Shown here: positions 50,350-58,853 of the stretch, piece by piece | How positions within the stretch are numbered: position 1 is the first letter of the stretch | How the letters are laid out: the number at the start of each line of letters is the position of its first letter | NCBI RefSeq assembly: GCF_007352635.1 | Contig: NZ_VKLU01000005.1 | Span: forward strand, 443,940-507,939 | Direction of reading: 5' to 3' | Origin: Corallococcus sp. Z5C101001 | GTDB taxonomy: Bacteria > Myxococcota > Myxococcia > Myxococcales > Myxococcaceae | Length of the DNA stretch: 64,000 bases | Position numbers and translations under genes: made by a program | Notes under the pieces: model-generated | Databases searched by the model: none | Seen by the model: the letters and a program-made list of their open reading frames with translations, nothing else | What the model was told of the DNA's origin: nothing

Positions 50350-50798
50350 CAGACGTTCTCCTTGGCGGCACGCACCACGAGGGTCCGGCGAGCACGGAAG
50401 ACGAGGTTGCCCTCCTCGTCACGGCCTTCGTCCTCGATGACCGCGATGTCCATCTTGCCGGACATGCCCGGCCGTTCGAAGACGTCCGACACGCGGGTGG
50501 ACACGTAGATGCGATCCCCCGCGAAGATGGGCCGCTCGTAGTCGAAGCCCTGTTCGGCGTGCAGCAGGCTCTTGATGCCCACCCCCAACAGCTCACGGAG
50601 GTCCGCGGCGGAATGGAACGACGCGGGGAACGTGGGCGGCGCGACGATGGTGGGATAGCCCGAGGCACGGGCGTACTCCTCGTCGTAGTAGATGGGATTG
50701 TAGTCGCCGATCGCTTCGGCGAAGCGCCGGATGGCGCCCTTCTCCACCTCGTTGAGCGTCGGCGGTGAGGCGCGGCCAATCGCGTTCTTGTCCAGCAT
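50349..50798 (-). CDS. MaoC N-terminal-like hotdog protein (HadA-like partner subunit)
   Basis: ...RFAEAIGDYNPIYYDEEYARASGYPTIVAPPTF.... ATGA overlap with the downstream MaoC gene suggests a heterodimeric dehydratase pair. Confidence 0.75.
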   Translation of the reverse strand: MLDKNAIGRASPPTLNEVEKGAIRRFAEAIGDYNPIYYDEEYARASGYPTIVAPPTFPASFHSAADLRELLGVGIKSLLHAEQGFDYERPIFAGDRIYVSTRVSDVFERPGMSGKMDIAVIEDEGRDEEGNLVFRARRTLVVRAAKENV

Positions 50799-50818
50799 TT
50801 CCCTCTCCTGATGAACCT

Positions 50819-51820
50819 TCAGCGTCCTGACGGCAGCTCAAGCACCGTCATGAGCCCGGCCTCCGCGGCCGTCAAACGTGGCGCGGCATTCACCAGCGCG
50901 TTCGCGGTGGCCCGGTCGCCCGCCACTCCCCCCGGGATTTCCAGCACCAGTCTGGGATCCGCGTCGATTTCGATGCGATCCCTTGGGTTGTCCGCCCCCA
51001 CCGCGATGGTCAGCTCCAGGCGCACCCGCTCCTGACCCTCCTCCAAACCCACCACGGATTGGAACATGCCCGCGACGCGGCCTTTCTTCACGACAAATGC
51101 GCCGCCGGAGATCTCCTCCTCCGCGAACACCGGCGCGACCTCCTCCTCGAAGTCGTCGCAGTCCAGGCCCAAACCCAGCGCCGCCAGCGCCGCGGACTCC
51201 ACCAGCCCCACGTGGCCCAGCTCCTCGCGGTCCACCAGCTCGAAGAACTCCTCCTCCGTCAGGCCCGCCCCCACCTTGCGCTGCAGCGCTTCACGCCGCG
51301 TCCGCGCGTCCACCACGCGGCTGGCCAGCACCTTGCGGACGGGCCCGCAGACCTGCCCCGCGGTAGCCACCAGCCGGTCCAGCACGAAGCCCGGGTTCAC
51401 GCCGGTGCCCACGATGGCGACGCCCGCCTTCTGCGCGGCGCGCTCCAGCTTCTCCGCCAGCTCCGGGTACTTGAGGTGCGGGAACGCCAGCTCCTCGCAC
51501 GTGCTGGCCACCGGCAGGCCCAGCTTCAGCGCGTCCAGCAGCTGCTCCATCACCTGCGAGAGCCGCGAGCTGGTGGCGTGCAGCACCACCACGCCCTTGC
51601 GGCGCCCCACGGCGCGCTCCAGCGAGTCCGCGACCTTGAAGCGCGGCGCGGCCTGCCCCAGCACGTCCCCCAGCGGACGCCCCACCAGGGAAGGCTGCGA
51701 GTCCACCGCGCCCATCAATTCCACTTCGGGGGACGACAGGGCGGCCCTGGCAATTTCCTGCCCGATGAACCCCAGCCCCATCACCACCACCGGCACCGGC
51801 CCATCAGGGGCTCTAGCCAT
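50819..51820 (-). CDS. NAD(P)-binding DapB-N-like oxidoreductase (dihydrodipicolinate reductase / amino-acid dehydrogenase family)
   Basis: Rossmann motif VVVMGLGFIGQEIA. Overall DapB-like architecture. No more specific assignment possible. Confidence 0.6.
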   Translation of the reverse strand: MARAPDGPVPVVVMGLGFIGQEIARAALSSPEVELMGAVDSQPSLVGRPLGDVLGQAAPRFKVADSLERAVGRRKGVVVLHATSSRLSQVMEQLLDALKLGLPVASTCEELAFPHLKYPELAEKLERAAQKAGVAIVGTGVNPGFVLDRLVATAGQVCGPVRKVLASRVVDARTRREALQRKVGAGLTEEEFFELVDREELGHVGLVESAALAALGLGLDCDDFEEEVAPVFAEEEISGGAFVVKKGRVAGMFQSVVGLEEGQERVRLELTIAVGADNPRDRIEIDADPRLVLEIPGGVAGDRATANALVNAAPRLTAAEAGLMTVLELPSGR

Positions 51821-52065
51821 CGGAGATTGCTCCCGAATTCCAAGGGGTTACAACCATTTACGGCGGGTCGCCAGCCACCATAGAACACGCTTCCTTGAGC
51901 AAGCAAGCGTAACGTGGAGTCCAGCGACCACTGGTTTCGGGGAATCTTCAAGAATTCCGGCAGTTTACTAGCACTGGAAAGCTTGGGGGGGCCTGTTTGC
52001 CTGCCCGTGGAGCGGATATAAGACTCTGAGAAAACGCAGCCCACTCGCTCGGAGCGTATCTGCCC

Positions 52066-53187
52066 ATGGCTCGGATCCTCGTGGTGGACGACGACGTGCT
52101 CATCCTCGCGGCGCTTTCCCGAATCCTGCAGGCGGAGGGCTACGAGGTCGTCACCCACAGCGATCCGGTGGTCGCGGCGCGGGAACAGGGCTTCGACGTG
52201 GTGCTGACGGACTTCATGATGCCGTACCTCAACGGCATCGAGCTGCTGTCGGCGCTCCGGGAGAAGAACCCGCGCGCGGTGCGGCTGATGTTGACGGCGG
52301 CGGCGGACTTCAAGACGGCGTCGGAGGCGGTGAACCGGGGCGAGGTCTTCCGGTTGCTGGGCAAGCCGTGGGCGCTGAGCGAGCTGACCAGCAGCGTGCG
52401 GCAGGCCATCGAGCACCACCGGCTGGTGGCGGCCAACGAGCGGCTGACGCGCGAGGTCGCGGAGAAGAACGCGGAGCTGCTGGCCATCAACGAGGGCCTG
52501 GAGCGCCGGGTCATCGAGCGCACGACGGGGCTTCTGGACGGGCTCATCAGCGCGCTGGACTACCGCGACACGGAGACGCAGTGGCACTCACGGCGCGTGT
52601 CGCTGTACGCGCGGCGGCTGGCGCAGGAGATTGGCCTCACCGGGCCGGCGTTGGACGTGGTGGAACAGGGCGCGCTCCTGCACGACATCGGCAAGATTGG
52701 CGTGCGCGACTCCATCCTGCTCAAGCCCGGGCCGCTCACGCCCGAGGAGTGGGTGGAGATGAAGCAGCACCCGGAGTTCGGCTACCGGATGCTGGCGAAG
52801 ATGCCCTACCTGCACGAGGCGGCGCTCATCGTGCTGCAGCACCAGGAGCGCTGGGACGGCAAGGGCTACCCGCTGGGGCTCAAGGGCGAGGACATCGTCG
52901 TCGGCGCGCGCATCTTCTGCCTCGTGGATACGCTGGACGCCATCACCTCCGACCGGCCCTATCGCAAGGGACGTCCCATGAGCGTGGCCCGCGACGAGGT
53001 CCGCCGCTGCGCGGGGACGCAGTTCGACCCGGCGCTCGCGGAGGCGTTCCTGGGCCTCCCGGAGACGGAGTGGGCCCGCATCCGCCGCGAGGTGGAGATG
53101 ATGGAAGAAGCGGAGGACCGCCGCTGGAACGGCGGGAAGCTCAACGCCCACGGTGAACCCGAGCCCGCGCGCGCCAGCGGGGCCTGA
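52066..53187 (+). CDS. Response regulator with HD-GYP c-di-GMP phosphodiesterase domain
   Basis: Receiver ILVVDDD...VVLTDFMMP...KP. HD-GYP: HSRRVSLYA...LLHDIGKIG...HQERWDGKGYP. Confidence 0.85.
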   Translation: MARILVVDDDVLILAALSRILQAEGYEVVTHSDPVVAAREQGFDVVLTDFMMPYLNGIELLSALREKNPRAVRLMLTAAADFKTASEAVNRGEVFRLLGKPWALSELTSSVRQAIEHHRLVAANERLTREVAEKNAELLAINEGLERRVIERTTGLLDGLISALDYRDTETQWHSRRVSLYARRLAQEIGLTGPALDVVEQGALLHDIGKIGVRDSILLKPGPLTPEEWVEMKQHPEFGYRMLAKMPYLHEAALIVLQHQERWDGKGYPLGLKGEDIVVGARIFCLVDTLDAITSDRPYRKGRPMSVARDEVRRCAGTQFDPALAEAFLGLPETEWARIRREVEMMEEAEDRRWNGGKLNAHGEPEPARASGA

Positions 53188-53205
53188 CGCGCGCGAGAGG
53201 CCGGC

Positions 53206-55335
53206 TCAGGGGCGGTGGTCGCCAACGATGACGTCGTCGATGACCGTGCCCTCCAGCAGCGCGTCCACGACGTCCATGCCCGCGATGACGCTTCCGAAGG
53301 CCGTGTAGCGGCCGTCCAGGTGCGGCTGCGGCGAGTGGGTGAAGAAGAACTGGCTGCCGCCGGTGTCCTTGCCGGACAGCGCCATCCCCACGGTGCCCCG
53401 GGCATATGGCCGACGCGTCATCTCACACCGGATGGAGTACCCGGGGCCGCCCTCCCCGTCCCCGCGCGGGTCGCCGCCTTGCGCGACGAAGTCCGGCACC
53501 ACGCGGTGGAACGTCGTGCCCCGGAAGTAGCCCTGCCGCGCGAGCGCCACCAGGTTGCCGCCCGTGAGCGGCGCCTGTTCATCCAGGAGCACGGTGATGT
53601 CGCCCTTGCGCGTGCGCAGCGTGAGCGTCGTGGAAGGGGGCGCGGCGGGCGGACGGGAGGTGTGCGGCGGCAGCTCCACGCGGCCGGCGCGGATGGGCGT
53701 CCCCGTGAGGGAGGTGAGGGCTTCGGCGGCGACGCGGCGCACGTTCGCGTGCGGGTGGGTCAGCCACTCGCGCAGGCGGGGCTCGGCGGCGCGCCCCTGC
53801 AACGCGACGAGCGCGCCAGCCACGGACTCCGCCAGGTCCGGCTCCCGAGGCACCCGCGCCGCCAGGGCCTCCACCGCGGGCAGCGCTTCGGCGTCGTGCA
53901 GCTTTCCGGCGGCGGAGGCGGCGAGCCCCGCCACCACCGCGTCGCTCCCGGCGATGAGCGCTCGCACCGGCGCCTTCGCTTCGGGCACGGGCCGCTCGGA
54001 AATGGCATCCAGCGCCGCGCCGCGCACCACGGGACTGACGTGGCTCAGGTAGGGCACCGCGAAGGCGGCTCCCGACACGGGTGGAGTCACGTCCCCCGGC
54101 TTCGCCGCGGTCGCGGACAGCACCTTGAACTGGGCCACCTCATGCAGCCCCAACGCGAGCCTCCGGGCTTCAGGGACGCGGCCCGCTCCACACCGAAGCA
54201 CCTCCTCCAGGATGCCCCGCTGCCGGTCCATCGCCGCCGCGAACCGGCAGTCCAGCCACGCGAGGTCCGCGCGGGCCTCGTCGGACGCGGCGCCAGGGGC
54301 CGCTTCCGCCATGGCCGCCCTGAGGCCCGACAACACCGGCCGTCCCTGGAGCGGGAGTCCCTGCTGGGCCACCGCCAGCAAGGCGTGGCCCCACTCCGCC
54401 TTCCCTTCCGCCACGCGCTTCGCGCGGTACCCGATGCCCTGCAGGGCCAACAGCGGACCACAGGTCGTCCCCTCCTGGCACTTCACCGCCAGCTTCGCCA
54501 ACGCCCGCGCCGCCTCCGCCGAGACCCGGGGGACTTCGTCTCCGAGCATCAAGCCCAGCGCGAAGGTGTCCGTGGAGCCGCCCACATCCCCCAGGCCCTT
54601 CGTGCACAGGGCCCTCACGTCGGGCTGGGCGTTGGACAGACAGGCGCGAAGCGCGTCCACGGCGTCCGGCCGCTTCGACGCCGCCAGCAGGTACGCCCCG
54701 GCGAGGTTCACCTCCCAGCGCTCGCGCGCCTTCAACAGCGCGCGGATCGCATCCAGGGGAACGCCCGCCACCGCCGCCGGGCCCGCCTTGCGCGCGGCGA
54801 CGCCCAGGGCCGTCGCCGCGAACTCCGACCAGGGCTCGCCGGGCGGCGACAGGCGGGCCGTCAGGACCTCCACCGCGCCGGGCGTGGCCAGCTTCCCCAG
54901 CGACTCCAGCAGGGTGATGCGCACCCGGTCCGTCGTCTCCGTGGCCTCCGCGCGCACCAGCGCCGCGGTCAGCTTCGCCTGGGCGTCCGCCGGCAGTGGC
55001 TCCCACGACAACGCCAGCTCGCCCGCCGCGAAGGCGGCCTCGTCGCGCACGGTGGTCGCGGGCGCCGTCAGCCCCGCGAGGATCGCGTCCAGCGTCTCCA
55101 GGTCCTGGATGCGCGCCAGGGCCCGCAGGGCGCGGCTTCGCACGAGGGCCTCCGGGGCTGACGTGGCGAGCCGCACGAGCTCGCCGCCCCCGAGCGAACG
55201 GCGATCCTCCCAGTCCTGGATGCGTTGGAGGACGCGGGCAGGCGGCTCGTCCCCTCCGTCGGACGGTGGCACGGTGCGCACGCACGCGCTCAGGAGGAGG
55301 ATTCCGGCGGACACGGCGGCGGTCAGGCGGGCCAT
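53206..55335 (-). CDS. Lipoprotein: N-terminal HEAT/PBS-lyase repeats fused to C-terminal cyclophilin-type peptidyl-prolyl isomerase
   Basis: Lipobox ILLLSAC. Repeated ...ALRALARI.../...AAEAL... HEAT-like units. Cyclophilin motifs FHRVVPDFVAQGGDP, GTVGMALSGKDTGGSQFFF. Confidence 0.8.
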   Translation of the reverse strand: MARLTAAVSAGILLLSACVRTVPPSDGGDEPPARVLQRIQDWEDRRSLGGGELVRLATSAPEALVRSRALRALARIQDLETLDAILAGLTAPATTVRDEAAFAAGELALSWEPLPADAQAKLTAALVRAEATETTDRVRITLLESLGKLATPGAVEVLTARLSPPGEPWSEFAATALGVAARKAGPAAVAGVPLDAIRALLKARERWEVNLAGAYLLAASKRPDAVDALRACLSNAQPDVRALCTKGLGDVGGSTDTFALGLMLGDEVPRVSAEAARALAKLAVKCQEGTTCGPLLALQGIGYRAKRVAEGKAEWGHALLAVAQQGLPLQGRPVLSGLRAAMAEAAPGAASDEARADLAWLDCRFAAAMDRQRGILEEVLRCGAGRVPEARRLALGLHEVAQFKVLSATAAKPGDVTPPVSGAAFAVPYLSHVSPVVRGAALDAISERPVPEAKAPVRALIAGSDAVVAGLAASAAGKLHDAEALPAVEALAARVPREPDLAESVAGALVALQGRAAEPRLREWLTHPHANVRRVAAEALTSLTGTPIRAGRVELPPHTSRPPAAPPSTTLTLRTRKGDITVLLDEQAPLTGGNLVALARQGYFRGTTFHRVVPDFVAQGGDPRGDGEGGPGYSIRCEMTRRPYARGTVGMALSGKDTGGSQFFFTHSPQPHLDGRYTAFGSVIAGMDVVDALLEGTVIDDVIVGDHRP

Positions 55336-55458
55336 GTCCGGAGGGGCTAGGTCAATTCCCCGCGAAAATCCAGGGGTTATGGCTTTGAAGGGGTTTGACA
55401 GGCGCGCGCGGGGGCCGGGAAGATATCGCGCCGTTTCCCCCCTCCCGGAGCACCAGCC

Positions 55459-56394
55459 CTGAACTGCCCAGGCTGCAATCGCAAGGTCGCGGACGACACC
55501 GCCATCTGCCCCGAATGCGACTACATCATCGACCAGTCCTTCCTCGGGGGCGGGGACGAGGGCGGTCCCGGGGATGACGAGAGCACCGGAGTCGGCCCCC
55601 CGCCGCGCTCACGCCCGCCCGCGCCGAAGGCCGCGCCGCCGCCCAAGGCACGCCCTGCCCCGGCCCGCGCCAAGCCGGGCGCCCGCGCCGCCGCGCCGCC
55701 GCCGGGCGACGACGCCACGAACGTGCGCAGCATGGACGACATCGCCAGGGAGCGCGCCCAGCGCCCCGCGGGCCGGACCGGTGCCGCGGCGAAGGCCGCC
55801 CCCGCGCGTGCCGCCCCGGCCCCCCGCCGCCCGGCTCCCGCGCCCGTCGAGGAGGAAGAGGACGACGCCGGGGACGCCGCGGACCCCTGGTCCCGCGAGG
55901 CCCGCGAGCTCGAGTCCAACCGCTCGCCCATCGATGATCCGGAAGTCCTGCTGGACGACGCGCGCTCGTTCCTGAAGGAGCTGGAAGGTGGGGACCGCAT
56001 CGCCTTCTGGGGCGCGACGCTGGTGGTGCTGTCCTGCTTCATGCCGTGGAAGGAGACGGCCGCGGACGGCGACTTCCTGGGCCTCATCAGCCTGGGCTTC
56101 GTCTCCTTCCTCTTCGCCGTCGCGCAGATGGTCCTCGTCGGCCTGCGGTCGCGCAACGTGATGACCTGGGTGAACCCCATGATTCCCTGGGGCGCGCAGA
56201 TGGTCTGCAGCGTGGTGTGCCTCGCGTGGTCGCTGGTGTTCCTGAAGCTCTCGTCGGACACGACGCTGGTGCCGTCGCCGCTCGGCAACTCGGAGATGAT
56301 GAACTCGTCGCCGAGCATCGGCTGCTTCCTGGGCATCCTCGGCGCGGTCATCGCGCTCCTCGGCGGACTGATGGGCCTGAGACGCCAGGACTAG
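55459..56394 (+). CDS. Zinc-ribbon (CxxC...CxxC) Pro/Ala-rich protein with C-terminal 4-TM domain; start codon non-canonical or mis-called
   Basis: In-frame LNCPGCNRKVADDTAICPECDYIID zinc ribbon. Pro/Ala/Lys-rich linker. Four TM helices. Frame is open from 55399 but the first ATG/GTG/TTG is at 55723 (GTG), downstream of the zinc ribbon. Confidence 0.5.
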   Translation: MNCPGCNRKVADDTAICPECDYIIDQSFLGGGDEGGPGDDESTGVGPPPRSRPPAPKAAPPPKARPAPARAKPGARAAAPPPGDDATNVRSMDDIARERAQRPAGRTGAAAKAAPARAAPAPRRPAPAPVEEEEDDAGDAADPWSREARELESNRSPIDDPEVLLDDARSFLKELEGGDRIAFWGATLVVLSCFMPWKETAADGDFLGLISLGFVSFLFAVAQMVLVGLRSRNVMTWVNPMIPWGAQMVCSVVCLAWSLVFLKLSSDTTLVPSPLGNSEMMNSSPSIGCFLGILGAVIALLGGLMGLRRQD

Positions 56395-56458
56395 GTCCGG
56401 CCCCCCGAGGATTTCGCTGCCGCGGGGGATGGGAGGCGGGCTACCGTCGCGGGCCACC

Positions 56459-57394
56459 ATGTCCGACGCCACGCCCCTCTCCCGCCTCCTCGACGCGCTG
56501 GGCTCGGCCGTCGTGGGCCAGCCCCGCGTGCTGGCCGACCTGGTGACGGCCTTCCTCGCGCGCGGCCATGTGCTGCTGGAGGGTGTGCCCGGCGTCGCCA
56601 AGACGCTCACCGCCCGCAGCATGGCGGGCGCGCTGGGCCTGTCCTTCTCCCGCGTGCAGTTCACCCCGGACCTGATGCCCGCGGACATCCTGGGCACCAA
56701 CGTCTTCCAGCCGCAGTCGCAGTCCTTCCGCCTGATGAAGGGCCCCGTCTTCACGGAGGTCCTGGTCGCGGATGAGATCAACCGCACCCCGCCCAAGACG
56801 CAGGCGGCGCTGCTGGAGGCCATGGAGGAGCGGCAGGTCACCATCGACGGTGTCACCCACCCGCTGCCGCCGCACTTCTTCGTCGTCGCCACGCAGAACC
56901 CTCTGGAGCTGGAGGGCACCTATCCCCTCCCCGAGGCGCAGCTGGACCGCTTCCTCATGCGCGTGCGCGTGGGCTATCCGGACGGGGACGCGGAGGCCTC
57001 CCTCCTGCGCGCCTTCCACCAGCGCGAGGGCCGGCCGCCCGCCGTGTCCCGCGTGCTCGACGCCGCCACACTGACGGAGCTGCAGGACCGCGCGGCTCGC
57101 GTCGCGTGCGACGACTCCATCCTCCAGTACGTCGTGCAGCTCGTGCGCGACACCCGCGCCCATCCCCGCGTGCGGCTGGGCGCGAGCCCCCGCGCAGCCC
57201 AGGCCCTGCTCGCGGCGGCCAAGGCGCACGCGGCGCTCCGGGGCACCGACTTCGTCACCCCGGATGACGTGAAGTCCGTCACGCCCAGCGTCCTCAACCA
57301 CCGCCTCCTCCTCAAGGCCGAGGCCGAGGTGGAGGGCGTCACGGCGGATGACGTCCTCCGGCAGACGCTCGAGCGGGTGCGAGTGCCCCGGTGA
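56459..57394 (+). CDS. MoxR-family AAA+ ATPase
   Basis: Walker [12 protein letters not shown], Walker [10 protein letters not shown], sensor motifs. Typical ~310 aa MoxR. Confidence 0.85.
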   Translation: MSDATPLSRLLDALGSAVVGQPRVLADLVTAFLARGHVLLEGVPGVAKTLTARSMAGALGLSFSRVQFTPDLMPADILGTNVFQPQSQSFRLMKGPVFTEVLVADEINRTPPKTQAALLEAMEERQVTIDGVTHPLPPHFFVVATQNPLELEGTYPLPEAQLDRFLMRVRVGYPDGDAEASLLRAFHQREGRPPAVSRVLDAATLTELQDRAARVACDDSILQYVVQLVRDTRAHPRVRLGASPRAAQALLAAAKAHAALRGTDFVTPDDVKSVTPSVLNHRLLLKAEAEVEGVTADDVLRQTLERVRVPR

Positions 57395-58719
57395 GCCCAG
57401 GGCGTCCCGTCCCCACCGGCCTCGCCGTGGCGCTGTTCGCGGCGGCGCTCGTGCCCGCTGCGCTCGCGGTGGCGAACCCCTCCTTCGGGTGGCTGGCGCT
57501 CGCGGTGGACGTGGCCGTCCTGCTCCTGTGCGCCGTGGACTTCCTGCGCGCCCCCCAAGCCCGCGACCTGGAGGCGCGCCGCGAGGTGGAGCCCATCCTC
57601 TCCTCCGGCGTGGACAACCTCGTGCGCTGGGAGCTGCGCGCGAACACGCCCCGGCCCGTGCGCGGCGAGCTGCGCGACGAGCCGCCCCTGGACATGGAGA
57701 GCCACGGACACCGGCAACCCTTCACGCTGGAGGCCGGAGGCGGGCCCACGCGGCTGACGTACCGGGTGCGCCCGCCCGCGCGGGGCGACGCGCGCTTTGG
57801 CGACGTGAGCCTGCGCCTGTCGGGCCCGCTGGGGCTGTGCTCACGGCAGGTACAGCTGCCCGCCGCGCGGGACGTGAAGGTGTATCCGGACCTGAGCGCC
57901 CTGTCGCGCGAGGCGCTGACGCTGGCGCGCACGTCGGAGGCCGTGTCCGCGCGCACGCTCCTGCGCAAGACGGCGGAGGGCCGCGAGTTCGAATCGCTGC
58001 GCGAATACCGCCCCGGAGATGACTACCGCCACATCGACTGGAAGTCCTCCGCGCGCCATGGCCACACGCTGGTGCGCACGTGGCAGCCGGAGCGCCACCA
58101 GCCGGTGCTGCTGCTGCTGGACTGTGGCCGCCACATGGCGGGCCGGGTGCAGGGGAGGCGCAAGCTGGACCACGCGGTGGACGCGGCGCTGAGGCTCGCG
58201 CGGGTGAGCCTGGACGCGGGCGACGTGGTGGGCGTCCTCGCCTTCGCCAGCGACGTGCGCGCCTTCCTCCCTCCGCACAAGGGCGCGGAGCACCTGCGCC
58301 TCATCACCGAGTCCCTCTACCGCGCGGAGGCCGGGCTGGAGGAGAGCGACTACGGCCGCGCGTTCGACTTCGCCTTCGCCCGTCAGACGCGCCGCGCGCT
58401 GGTGGTGCTCTTCACCGACCTGGTGGATCCGGACGCGTCCGCCGCGCTCCTCACGCGCACGCTCGCCCTGCGCCCCCGGCACCTGCCCGTCGTCGCGTCG
58501 CTGCTGGACGAGGACCTGGAGGCCGCCGCCACCGACGTGCCCGGCGACGCGCCCGCCGCCTACGCACGGCAGGCCGCCGCCCGCATGGAGGCCGAATACC
58601 GCCGCACCGCCACCACGCTGCGCGACGCGGGCGCGCTGGTGGTGCGCGCGCCGGCCCGCGGCTTCGGCGCCGCTGCACTCAACGTGTACCTGGACGTCAA
58701 GGCGCGCGGACGCCTCTGA
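57391..58719 (+). CDS. DUF58 (vWA-like) domain protein, MoxR partner
   Basis: N-terminal TM helices. DUF58 block [23 protein letters not shown]. vWA-like [14 protein letters not shown] overlap with the moxR stop. Confidence 0.8.
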   Translation: MSPGRPVPTGLAVALFAAALVPAALAVANPSFGWLALAVDVAVLLLCAVDFLRAPQARDLEARREVEPILSSGVDNLVRWELRANTPRPVRGELRDEPPLDMESHGHRQPFTLEAGGGPTRLTYRVRPPARGDARFGDVSLRLSGPLGLCSRQVQLPAARDVKVYPDLSALSREALTLARTSEAVSARTLLRKTAEGREFESLREYRPGDDYRHIDWKSSARHGHTLVRTWQPERHQPVLLLLDCGRHMAGRVQGRRKLDHAVDAALRLARVSLDAGDVVGVLAFASDVRAFLPPHKGAEHLRLITESLYRAEAGLEESDYGRAFDFAFARQTRRALVVLFTDLVDPDASAALLTRTLALRPRHLPVVASLLDEDLEAAATDVPGDAPAAYARQAAARMEAEYRRTATTLRDAGALVVRAPARGFGAAALNVYLDVKARGRL

Positions 58720-58853
58720 GCGCTCCAGTCGCATCCGTCAAGCCTTTTGGCACGCTCCAACGCTCGAGTGCGCCCGCGACACTCCGCCGAACTGCGTCCT
58801 TGCCAATCGCGCGGAGGCCGAGTTTTCGGCCTCGCGGAGGACCCCCTTTACAG

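Noticed and set aside
55395-55577. 60-aa TTG-initiated ORF (MTGARGGRE...) upstream of the zinc-ribbon gene
   Set aside because: It is Arg/Gly-rich low complexity and overlaps the zinc-ribbon frame, which has a recognisable fold. Most likely a frame artefact. It is kept only as context for the start-codon problem.
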